Assembly (NCBI GenBank): GCA_965261715.1
Contig: OZ253471.1
Span: 2,621,422 to 2,685,421 of the forward strand
Length of the DNA: 64,000 nt
Source: Dehalococcoidia bacterium
GTDB lineage: Bacteria; Chloroflexota; Dehalococcoidia; Bin125
Direction of reading: 5' to 3'
In this document: positions 9,032 to 17,126 of the stretch, one piece after another
Layout: every line of letters begins with the position of its first letter
How positions within the stretch are numbered: position 1 is the first letter of the stretch
The notes under the pieces: model-generated
Databases searched by the model: none
What the model was told of the DNA's origin: nothing
What the model saw: only the letters and a program-made list of their open reading frames with translations
Made by a program: the position numbers and the translations under genes

Positions 9032-9152
9032 CTTAGGAATCCTCTGAACAACTGGTGTCGCAGGCTGAGCGAGGACCCCCCTTCAGCCTTCGGCAGCTTC
9101 CCCCGCAGAGGGGGGAAGCGGGGATCGGAGTTGTTCAGAGCATTCTTAGGAG
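9032..9152. repeat. MITE family A, complete copy (~120 bp) with terminal inverted repeats TAGGAATCCTCTGAACAAC / GTTGTTCAGAGCATTCTTAGGA
   Basis: perfect TIRs flanking the core ccttcagccttcggcagcttcccccgcagaggggggaagcgggga; near-identical copies at 30618-30731 and 62147-62264. Confidence 0.75.
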
Positions 9153-9162
9153 TCCAAGAGTC

Positions 9163-9197
9163 GTCATTCCCGCGCGTCGTCGCGGGTATGACGGGGG
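9163..9197. repeat. hairpin repeat family D (cgtcattcccgcg-N-cgcgggtatgacg)
   Basis: same hairpin occurs at 42853-43015, 47350-47510 and 62323-62358. Confidence 0.55.
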
Positions 9198-9200
9198 ATT

Positions 9201-10550
9201 CTACTTCTGAGGGCGGGTGATCGCGGCGATCGGGCGGAGGGTTCGGCGGAGGACTGCTTTGGCGGTCGGTACGTTGAATACGGGCGACTTCATTCTCAGG
9301 TACATCGTGCCGAAGATGATGCTGATCACGATCGCTGAGAGGCCCATCAGGAGGAACACGTCCTGCTCGCCGATGATGTCCGCGACTGCCCCAAAGCCTA
9401 GTCCGGTGAAGGATTGGACTCCGAAGGGGAGGAATGTCAGTGCTGTGACGCGGCCGTGAAACTCGGGATTTGACTGGCGGATGATTTCGGCCGTGTTCAG
9501 GGTCTGGAATCCTGAGAATCCCGAACCGACCAGGAAGACCACGGGCAGCATGACCAGCGCGTTGGGCGTCACTCCGAGCAGCGCGACACCGAGTCCGAAG
9601 GCGCAGCTCATGATCAGGAGGATGCCGCCCGACCATCGAGTGCCGACGACGCCGGCTACTGAGAGTCCAACAATGAATGAGCCAACTCCCATCGGCCAGG
9701 TCACCAGTCCAAGATTGCGCGGATCGATGTCGAACACGTGCTCAAGCAAGCCGGGCAGGATGTTCTGGTAGGGACCTGCGGTTGCCGAGACCAACAACAG
9801 GGTGGCGAGGAGCACACGCAGTCGCGGTTGGGACCAGGCATAGCGAAGGCCGAGCAGCAACTCGCGCGTGACTGATCCTCTGGGAACGTTGCGTGGGCTG
9901 CCGGGCGGCATCAGGAAGAGCGCGAAGATCGTCACGACCAGGATGCCGGACATGATGAAGTAGGCGCCCTCGGCTCGGATGAAGGGCGCGAATAGCAGCA
10001 ACGATCCGATCACGGGGCCGACCGACTGCGGGAAGGTCAGACCGGTCTGCAGCAGCGCGACGCCGTTGCCGACGAGACGAGGCGAGACGATATCGGCGAC
10101 GTAGGCCCGGCGCGAGGGCCCGGTGAACGCAAAGCACGCGCCAAGGAAGAGGGTGCTGACGGTCAGCCAGATGACCTCGATGCGTCCGATCAGAATGAGG
10201 AAACCGATCAAGGCGTAGTTGATCGCGATTGCGGTCTGGGCCAGGGCGATCAATCGACGTTTGGAGAGCCGGTCGGTCATGGCGCCGGCGAAGGGTCCGA
10301 TGAAGAACCAGGCGATGCCGTTGCCGGCCATCGCGATGGCGACCGACGAGTTGGTTCCGCCCAGATCGAAGGCAACGATTGGCAGGACAGTGAAGTTCAT
10401 CGAGAAGGCCATGAAGGCCATCACGGTGAGCATCCAGTGCAGCCGGAACGTGCCGATGCCGAAGGCCTCGAAAGTTTGTCCAATGCCAGCGCGAATCATG
10501 TTCCGTGATCGTATGCTGTGGTCAACGTTTACGTCAGATGTTGGAGTCAA
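9201..10550 (-). CDS. MFS transporter
   Basis: 449-aa ORF with about 12 hydrophobic segments and an MFS-like pattern; alternative start about 17 codons downstream (MIRAGIG). Confidence 0.7.
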   Translation of the reverse strand: MTPTSDVNVDHSIRSRNMIRAGIGQTFEAFGIGTFRLHWMLTVMAFMAFSMNFTVLPIVAFDLGGTNSSVAIAMAGNGIAWFFIGPFAGAMTDRLSKRRLIALAQTAIAINYALIGFLILIGRIEVIWLTVSTLFLGACFAFTGPSRRAYVADIVSPRLVGNGVALLQTGLTFPQSVGPVIGSLLLFAPFIRAEGAYFIMSGILVVTIFALFLMPPGSPRNVPRGSVTRELLLGLRYAWSQPRLRVLLATLLLVSATAGPYQNILPGLLEHVFDIDPRNLGLVTWPMGVGSFIVGLSVAGVVGTRWSGGILLIMSCAFGLGVALLGVTPNALVMLPVVFLVGSGFSGFQTLNTAEIIRQSNPEFHGRVTALTFLPFGVQSFTGLGFGAVADIIGEQDVFLLMGLSAIVISIIFGTMYLRMKSPVFNVPTAKAVLRRTLRPIAAITRPQK

Positions 10551-10558
10551 CTCGGTAA

Positions 10559-11104
10559 GTGAGTAGGGCTATGGATGTCGATCAGGCCATCCGAGAGCGA
10601 CGAACGATCGGGGTGTTCTCGCAGCGGGAGGTGTCACCGGCGTTGGTGGAAGAGCTGGTTGAGGCCGCGCGCTGGGCGCCGACTCACAAGCACACCGAGC
10701 CGTGGCGATTCCATGTGGTGTCGGGGTCGGCGCGAGAAGCGATGTGTGAGGCGATTCTCGACGGCGGCGGCGAATTCACCAAGGACCCTCGCGGCAAGCT
10801 GATGCGCTCACCGCTGTTCGTGGCGGTGACGCAGGAGGCGGTATTGGATGATCCGGTGCGGGATCGGGAGGACTACGCGGCCGTCTGCTGCGCGGTCCAG
10901 AACATGATGCTGGCGGCGACGTCGAGGGGTCTGGCGACGAAGTGGAGCACGGGGGCGCTGGCGGAGAATGCTGCGGCGAAGCGCTGGCTGGGGATCGGCG
11001 AGCAGGACCGGATAGTGGCGTATTTGTATCTGGGCTATGCACCGGAAGCGATGCGGGAGATGCCGGCTGAGCGTCGGCCGGCGGAGGTGGTTTGGCGGGA
11101 GTAG
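10559..11104 (+). CDS. nitroreductase family protein
   Basis: 181-aa ORF; nitroreductase fold signatures (RRTIGVF, ARWAPTHKHTEPWRFHVV). Confidence 0.7.
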   Translation: MSRAMDVDQAIRERRTIGVFSQREVSPALVEELVEAARWAPTHKHTEPWRFHVVSGSAREAMCEAILDGGGEFTKDPRGKLMRSPLFVAVTQEAVLDDPVRDREDYAAVCCAVQNMMLAATSRGLATKWSTGALAENAAAKRWLGIGEQDRIVAYLYLGYAPEAMREMPAERRPAEVVWRE

Positions 11105-11965
11105 CGTCGGGCACAACGACATCCTTCGTGATTCCTGCGTAGGCAGGAATCACGAGGCGCCCAACGCTGTGCGGGCATCTACCTGTCGCCGTCCTCGGAT
11201 CTCCGCGCGCGGTCGCTGAGCAACGGCAAAGGCTTCGCTGCCGGCGGGCGGGCGGAGGATCGCGATTCCTGCCTGCGCAGGAATGACGGAGTTGTGGTCC
11301 TCGATTGGAGAGAGTGGATGAACTTCGCGATCGCATCAGAGGTAAGTTCGCGATCCTGGCGTATCTGTACCTGGGCTACGCGCCGGAGGCAATGCGGGAG
11401 ATACCGGCGGAGCGTCGAGCGGCTGAGGTGATCTGGCGGGGGTTGCGTCAGACACAACGACATCCTTCGTGATTCCTGCCTACGCAGGAATCACGAGGCG
11501 CCCAACGCTGTGCGGGCATCTACCTGTCGCCGTCCTCGGATCTCCGCGCGCGGTCGCTGAGCAACGGCAAAGGCCTCGCTGCCGGCGGGCGGGCGGAGGA
11601 TCGCGATTCCTGCCTGCGCAGGAATGACGGAGTTGTGGTCCTCGATTGAAGAGTGTGGATGAACTTCGCGATCGCATCAGAGGTAAGTTCGCGATCGTGG
11701 CGTATCTATACCTGGGCTACGCGCCGGAGGCAATGCGGGCGATGCCGGCAGAGCGTCGGCCGGCGGGCGGCGGTAGCGACGGACACAACGACATACCTCG
11801 TCATTCCTGCGCACGCAGGAATCACGATCCTCTTGCTGCCGCCGGGCAGCGACCCCAATTGCCGTCGCTCAGAGATTGCGCGCGGGCTCTCCCAGAACGG
11901 CTATTGGATGTACTCCGAATCAAATTGGGTGCTTCGTGATTCCTGCCTACGCAGGAATGACGGAA
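11015..11965. repeat. tandem array (~344-bp unit, about 2.7 copies) that begins inside the 3' end of the nitroreductase gene; each unit carries two ~25-bp hairpins (ATTCCTGC-N3-GCAGGAAT)
   Basis: landmark gacacaacgacatccttcgtgattcctgc recurs at ~11108 and ~11452 with a diverged third copy at ~11785; the gene tail VAYLYLGYAPEAMREMPAERRPAEV is re-encoded twice. Confidence 0.7.
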
Positions 11966-11974
11966 GTGCGGTGC

Positions 11975-12616
11975 TTACTGGTGGGAGTGGATAAATTGGG
12001 AGATCGCTTCCGCTGCTAGCTCGCGGTTGCTTTCCTCGGTGTGGCCGGAGCGCTTTCTGGGGATGAGGCCGTGGTTGCCGTCGGGGATCCATTTGAGCTT
12101 GATGTTGGGTGAGAGGTCGTAGGCCTCGACCTCCTCACGGGTTCCGTATTCGTCTCGTTCTCCCTGGACGATGAGCGTGGGCGTGGCCATCTGCTCGAGG
12201 TGGATGGTTGCTGCCCGCGAGGGATCGTTGGGGGCGTGGAACGGGTAGCTGATGCAGACCATGCCGGCTGGCTCGGCGGCGTCGGCCAGGTAGCTGGCGA
12301 TGCGTCCGCCCATGCTTCGGCCTCCGATGAACAGCTTGGAGGTTGGCACTCCCTGCTCGGCGAGCTGTTGGATGACCTGAACCCAGGTTCCGGCGAGGAC
12401 ATCCTCGGGATCAGGCGGCCAGGGACGCCGGCCAGCCTCAATAGCCCGGCGCATGTAAGGGAAGTCGAAGCGGGCGACGCGAACGCCGCGTTCGGCGATC
12501 AGCTTGGCAAGGTGTGCGGTACTGGGATGACTTGCGGATGCGCCCGCGCCGTGGGTCAACGCCAGCGTCGGCGCGGGCGGTGACTTGGGCAGATTCCAGG
12601 TCAGAGGCGTTTCCAT
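11975..12616 (-). CDS. alpha/beta hydrolase (small predicted hydrolase family with GRSMGG nucleophile elbow)
   Basis: 213-aa ORF; GxSxG motif GRSMGG; acid and His positions consistent with a catalytic triad. Confidence 0.55.
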   Translation of the reverse strand: METPLTWNLPKSPPAPTLALTHGAGASASHPSTAHLAKLIAERGVRVARFDFPYMRRAIEAGRRPWPPDPEDVLAGTWVQVIQQLAEQGVPTSKLFIGGRSMGGRIASYLADAAEPAGMVCISYPFHAPNDPSRAATIHLEQMATPTLIVQGERDEYGTREEVEAYDLSPNIKLKWIPDGNHGLIPRKRSGHTEESNRELAAEAISQFIHSHQ

Positions 12617-12649
12617 AGGATCAAGGTCGGGTTTTCCATCTGAGGGGCG

Positions 12650-12705
12650 GAAGGGACCCCCTCAGCCTGCGGCAGCTCCCCCTGCAAGGGGGAGCGGGAG
12701 GGCTT
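12650..12705. repeat. MITE/REP-like core fragment
   Basis: ccctcagcctgcggcagctccccctgcaagggggagcggga. Confidence 0.55.
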
Positions 12706-13792
12706 ATGACGTTCGCGCGATGATTGGGGCCATCTCGTCGACCAGGTCGTTGGCGGCAGCAGGATCGAGCGCGGTCAGGGCCAGGTGATCAACGCCGTGG
12801 GACTCGGCGAGTTCCGACTTCTCGATGATTTGATCGGGCGTGCCGATGATCATGTCGTTGAGCCGGTCGGCGGTGATGAAGCGCTCCTCGCCTTCCTTGA
12901 GGTAGCTGTAATGACCCTCGTGGACATCGAGGTAGAGGCGGTCGAGCGGGCGGCCTCGCTCCTCGGCGTATTCGGTGATGTACTGGTTGTACTCGGCCGC
13001 GACGTCGGGGTTGACGCCCTTGAGGTTGCCGCCCCAGCCGCCGTACTCCGACTCCCAGAGGGTGTGGTTGTAGACGGCGGCGACCGCGCCGGCGCGGTGC
13101 AGGACGCGCTCGGACATGAGGTCCTCGCCTTCCTGCATCACGCAGGCGCCGGTCAGTCCGACGGTGTAGGGCTTCTCGGTCGAGCGACCGGCAGACTGCG
13201 CGGCCTGCTCGATGATTGGGAATCCGCTGTCCAACCACGGACCGGTACCGGAGGTGACCCAGCCGTCGCCGACCTCGCCGACGACCGCGGTGGCTCGCGG
13301 GCCGTTGGCGGCGATGTAGACCGGGATGTGATCCTTGATGTTGTAGAAGTCGGGATGGTCCGGGTGGATCAGCCGAATCCAGGTCTCGCGGCCGGTAACA
13401 TTGTCGGTGTGGAGGATGTCATTGCCGTCGAGCAGGTCGCGGACTTGCTGGGCGTACTCGCGGAACTTCTTGACCGGATACGAGGGCAAACCCATCGTGT
13501 TGCGTCCGGTGTAGCCGGTGCCGAGCGCGAGAATCGTGCGTCCAGGCGCGAGCTTGTTGATCGTCGCAATGGCGGAGGCGGTGACCGGCGCGATCCGGTT
13601 GGAGGGAATCGAAACCAGCGTGCCCAGCTTGATCGTCGAGGTGCGTTCGGCGGCCAGCGCCATGGCCGCGTAGCAGTCGGACCAGATCAGCTGAGAGTCG
13701 GGGAACCAGGCGTGTGTGAAGCCCGCCTCCTCGGCGCGGACGACTTCCTTCCACATGTCGATGTAGGTGGGAACGAGCAGTCCGTAGTCCAT
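12704..13792 (-). CDS. LLM-class (probably F420-dependent) oxidoreductase, paralog 1
   Basis: 362-aa ORF; TIKLGT and GTGYTGRN LLM signatures; tandem paralog of the next gene. Confidence 0.75.
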   Translation of the reverse strand: MDYGLLVPTYIDMWKEVVRAEEAGFTHAWFPDSQLIWSDCYAAMALAAERTSTIKLGTLVSIPSNRIAPVTASAIATINKLAPGRTILALGTGYTGRNTMGLPSYPVKKFREYAQQVRDLLDGNDILHTDNVTGRETWIRLIHPDHPDFYNIKDHIPVYIAANGPRATAVVGEVGDGWVTSGTGPWLDSGFPIIEQAAQSAGRSTEKPYTVGLTGACVMQEGEDLMSERVLHRAGAVAAVYNHTLWESEYGGWGGNLKGVNPDVAAEYNQYITEYAEERGRPLDRLYLDVHEGHYSYLKEGEERFITADRLNDMIIGTPDQIIEKSELAESHGVDHLALTALDPAAANDLVDEMAPIIARTS

Positions 13793-13826
13793 ATTGGTTG
13801 CCCTTCGATTTGTCTGGGTGGTTCGG

Positions 13827-14915
13827 CTAGCCGCGCTTTTGGATGACTTCGCGGGAGAAGTCGTCGATGATTTCTCGGGCGCCGGCGGGGTCGTTGGCGG
13901 TCAGCGCGATGTTGTCGACGCCGATTGATTCGAGGTGTTCGAGTTTCTCGATGATCTCAGACCCAGAGCCGACCAGGCTGCGCTCAAGCACCTGCGGGTA
14001 GATGAAGCGCTCCTCGCCGGGCTTGAGGTAGACCATGTGGCCCTCGTGGACATCGAGGTAGAGGCGGTCCTCGGGCGTGCCCTTGGCGGCGGAGTACTCG
14101 CGGATGTAGTTGTTGTACTCGCCGGCGAGGTCAGGGTTGTCCATGCCGAGGTTGGCGCCGGGGCCGTAGGCGGCCTCCCACATCGCGTGTACGCCGGGCA
14201 CCATGGCCGGTCCGAGGATGCTCATGACTCGCTGGGATTCGACCGACTCGCCGTCTTGCAGGACGAGTCCAGAAGTGAGGCCGACCGTGTACGGCTTATC
14301 GGTCGAGCGTCCAGCGGCTTCTGCCGCGGCGGCGATCGCAGGGAAGGACTGCTGCGCGTTGAGTCCCATGCCGGTCGTGACCCAGCCGTCGCCGACCTGT
14401 CCCACGACCTCCATCGCGCGCGGCCCGTTAGCCGCAACGTAGATGGGAATGAAGTCGTCGAGGTTGAGGAATTCGGAATGCTGGCCGTGGATCAGCCGGA
14501 TCCAGCGCTCGTTGCCGGTGACATCGTCGGTGTAGAGCACGTCCTCACCATTGAGCAGTCCGCGCACCTGCTGGGCGTACTCGCGGTAGCGCTTGATCGG
14601 GTAGGCGGGCAGGCCCATGGTGTTGCGCCCGGTGTAGCCGGTGCCGATACCGAGGATGATCCGTCCCGGCGCCAACTTGTTGAGCGAAGCGACGGCAGAG
14701 GCAGTGACGGGCGCGATCCGGTTGGAAGGGATGGCGACGAGGGTGCCCAGCTTGATCGTCGAGGTGTGATGCGCGGCGAGGGCCATCGCCGCGTAGACGT
14801 CGGAGTAGATCAGTTGTGAGTCGTAGAACCAGGCATGGGTGAAGCCGGCGGCCTCGGCGCGCTGCACTTCCTGATAGGCGTTGATCCAACTGGGGATTCC
14901 GATGCCGTAGTCCAT
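13827..14915 (-). CDS. LLM-class (probably F420-dependent) oxidoreductase, paralog 2
   Basis: 362-aa ORF collinear with the previous gene (roughly 60-65% aa identity by eye). Confidence 0.75.
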   Translation of the reverse strand: MDYGIGIPSWINAYQEVQRAEAAGFTHAWFYDSQLIYSDVYAAMALAAHHTSTIKLGTLVAIPSNRIAPVTASAVASLNKLAPGRIILGIGTGYTGRNTMGLPAYPIKRYREYAQQVRGLLNGEDVLYTDDVTGNERWIRLIHGQHSEFLNLDDFIPIYVAANGPRAMEVVGQVGDGWVTTGMGLNAQQSFPAIAAAAEAAGRSTDKPYTVGLTSGLVLQDGESVESQRVMSILGPAMVPGVHAMWEAAYGPGANLGMDNPDLAGEYNNYIREYSAAKGTPEDRLYLDVHEGHMVYLKPGEERFIYPQVLERSLVGSGSEIIEKLEHLESIGVDNIALTANDPAGAREIIDDFSREVIQKRG

Positions 14916-15019
14916 TGGTGGCTCCTTGCACTCGTTGGCTGGTCAGAGGCTAATGGGTGCGGGGACTGCCGCGGAATGAGTCGATGGAGGTGAGAGAAGT
15001 GGAAGCGCGATCGAAAACA

Positions 15020-15320
15020 ATGGAACAAAGAAATGGATCGTGTGCATTGTTTGGTGCATTTCCTCGTTGCTGAGACGCGAAATGGATCGGAGAAATGGAT
15101 CGCGTGCATTGTTTGGTGCATTTCCACGTCGCTGAGACGCGAAATGGATCGGAGAAATGGATCGCGTGCATTGTTTGGTGCATTTCCACGTCGCTGAGAC
15201 GCGAAATGGATCGGAGAAATGGATCGCATGCATTGTTTGGCGCATTTCCACGTCGCTGAGACGCGAAATGGATCAGAGAAATGGATCACGCGCATTGTTT
15301 GGCGCATTTTCCGCGTCGGC
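15020..15320. repeat. tandem repeat, 62-bp unit x ~4.7 (agaaatggatcgcgtgcattgtttggtgcatttccacgtcgctgagacgcgaaatggatcgg)
   Basis: head-to-tail copies starting near 15029, 15091, 15153, 15215 and 15277; lies between the 3' end of the 15273..17015 gene and the 5' region of the 13827..14915 gene. Confidence 0.8.
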
Positions 15321-17015
15321 TGGTTCGCGTTCGGGCGGGATTGGCACGTAATGCGATCCGCGACCGCGACCGCGCCGGTTGGCCAATCCGGCGATGCAGA
15401 GGTCGTTCATCAACCGACGCGCGCGGGCGCGGGAGTAGCCGGTCAAGAATCGGACATCGGCGTTGGCCAACTTGCCACGCGACCGCAGCTCACCGAGAAC
15501 CAGCGAGGAGGCGGCCTCGTGGTCAAGCGGACCGACCGTCTGATCTCGGGCTGCCTTAGACATCAGATACTGATAGTCCGTCGCCAGCCCATACAGGGTG
15601 TGCACTCCCCGTCCACGGGCACTGAGCATGCCTCGTTCTCGGAGCGAGACGAGCGTGTCCGCCGCCTCTGATTGGGGGAGTTGCAGCAGTGTGGCGGCGG
15701 TGTTGCGATTGAGGGCGCCTTCGTTGGCCACGCCGCGCATGGCCATCAGTTCGTTGAGGTTGAGCTGCGCCCCGCTGCGAATGACGGAGGTGACGAAGCG
15801 TGCGAATGCCTCGTCTGTCCGGGTCGGCAGGGTCAGTTCGATCGACAGTCCGGTATCGCGGTAACGCGGCATCTGCTTGCCCAGCGACAGGTGGTCTTCG
15901 ATGATCCGGTCGACGCCGAGTCCGGCGCGGTTCACGAGTCCGATTTTCTGCAGGACTTCAGCGAGCAGCGGATTGCGGCGTTCGGGGGCGTGGCGCAGGA
16001 GGTTGCTGGCGGTGATGCCGCGCACGAATCCGCCCGGGCTGGTAAAGACCAACCGATCCTCGTGCAGTTCGATCTGAATCGACGAACTGATCACATAGTC
16101 GCGGTGGACGATCGCATTGAGCAGCGCCTCGCGAGCTGTGAGATTTGAGACGATGGGGATCTCGCGATGGTAGAACCCGTCGTGGATCGTCGTGACGGCG
16201 AGATTAGGTTGGAGCCACTGATCGAACTCTTCCAGCAACGCCAGAATGGGGCTGCGCGAGTCTTTGCGCAGGTCGTATTGCGCCCCGCCGGACATCCGCA
16301 GCATGATGACTTCGTGTGCGGGCGCGGCGCGGCGGATCGCGGCCGGACTGCCCAACAGCAGGACCGCGGCCAAAGACAGTCCTCGGGACGAGGCGAGACC
16401 CAGGGCCGTCAGCAGCTCAGCGTCATCGAGCGCGAGCAGGTCGCGCTGACCGCCGTTGAGCGCGACGACGTTGCGTAGTCGCTCGATCTCGCGCGGCAGG
16501 AGATCCGACGGGTCGACATCTGATACGACCTCGGCGGAAAGGTCAAATAGGCCGCGGCCGGATATGATCTGAGCGAAGTCATGGCCGGTGATCGGTTTGC
16601 TGATGTTGCCGACCCGGATTTTGCCGATCCCTTCGGAGGTCGTATGAGGCGGAATGCCCGGCAGCACACGCAGCGCCACGACTCGTCCCTCGGGCTCATC
16701 GAAGATGTCGGGATAGACAAGAATGTGCGGCAACGTGCCATCGTGAATCTCGATCCGGAGGCGGTCAAGATTGAGATCGTCGACACCGTGAATCGCCTCG
16801 GCGCGCGTACGTTTGCGGTCGGCGACGCCGAGGATTAGCGTTCCGCCGGAAGCGTTGGCGAAGGCGACCACACTCTCGCGAATCGCGCGGATCCGATCCC
16901 GGGGCGAGCGCGGCTGTGGATTCCAGGACTTGAACTCGACGGTTTGCGATTCGATCTGGTCGGCGGTTTCGCCGTCGAGACGGGCAAGTAGTGCGCGGAC
17001 GTCGTCGAATTCCAC
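15273..17015 (-). CDS. AlbA_2 (Schlafen-like) plus HATPase_c_4 domain protein, putative ATP-binding transcriptional regulator
   Basis: 580-aa ORF; N-terminal ESQTVEFKSW...ESVVAFANASGGTLILGV matches the AlbA_2 divergent-AAA pattern; the C-terminal few codons read into the tandem repeat. Confidence 0.55.
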   Translation of the reverse strand: MEFDDVRALLARLDGETADQIESQTVEFKSWNPQPRSPRDRIRAIRESVVAFANASGGTLILGVADRKRTRAEAIHGVDDLNLDRLRIEIHDGTLPHILVYPDIFDEPEGRVVALRVLPGIPPHTTSEGIGKIRVGNISKPITGHDFAQIISGRGLFDLSAEVVSDVDPSDLLPREIERLRNVVALNGGQRDLLALDDAELLTALGLASSRGLSLAAVLLLGSPAAIRRAAPAHEVIMLRMSGGAQYDLRKDSRSPILALLEEFDQWLQPNLAVTTIHDGFYHREIPIVSNLTAREALLNAIVHRDYVISSSIQIELHEDRLVFTSPGGFVRGITASNLLRHAPERRNPLLAEVLQKIGLVNRAGLGVDRIIEDHLSLGKQMPRYRDTGLSIELTLPTRTDEAFARFVTSVIRSGAQLNLNELMAMRGVANEGALNRNTAATLLQLPQSEAADTLVSLRERGMLSARGRGVHTLYGLATDYQYLMSKAARDQTVGPLDHEAASSLVLGELRSRGKLANADVRFLTGYSRARARRLMNDLCIAGLANRRGRGRGSHYVPIPPEREPADAENAPNNARDPFL

Positions 17016-17076
17016 GGCCGAACTCCGTTAGGACTCATTTATATTAATGGATCATATCAATCTTGAATCATTCTTT

Positions 17077-17110
17077 TGCGCATTGGCGCATTTCTGAACG
17101 GGAAATGCGG
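17077..17110. promoter_or_regulatory. candidate operator in the promoter region of the AlbA_2-domain gene: direct GCGCATTG/GCGCATTT plus inverted CGCATTTC-N7-GAAATGCG
   Basis: AT-rich intergenic region; the same half-sites (GCATTTC / GAAATG) recur in every unit of the 62-bp tandem array downstream of the gene. Confidence 0.3.
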
Positions 17111-17126
17111 CGTAATCGGCGCTGAA

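Noticed and set aside
11100-11965. Possible CRISPR array suggested by six regularly recurring ~25-bp palindromic sequences
   Set aside because: The intervening sequences are themselves repeated, so the whole ~344-bp unit is duplicated. The repeated elements are hairpins with irregular spacing of about 133 and about 205 bp, with no unique spacers. There are no cas genes nearby.
15020-15320. Possible CRISPR array (short repeated blocks)
   Set aside because: The entire 62-bp unit repeats head-to-tail with no unique spacers. It is a minisatellite or iteron-like array.
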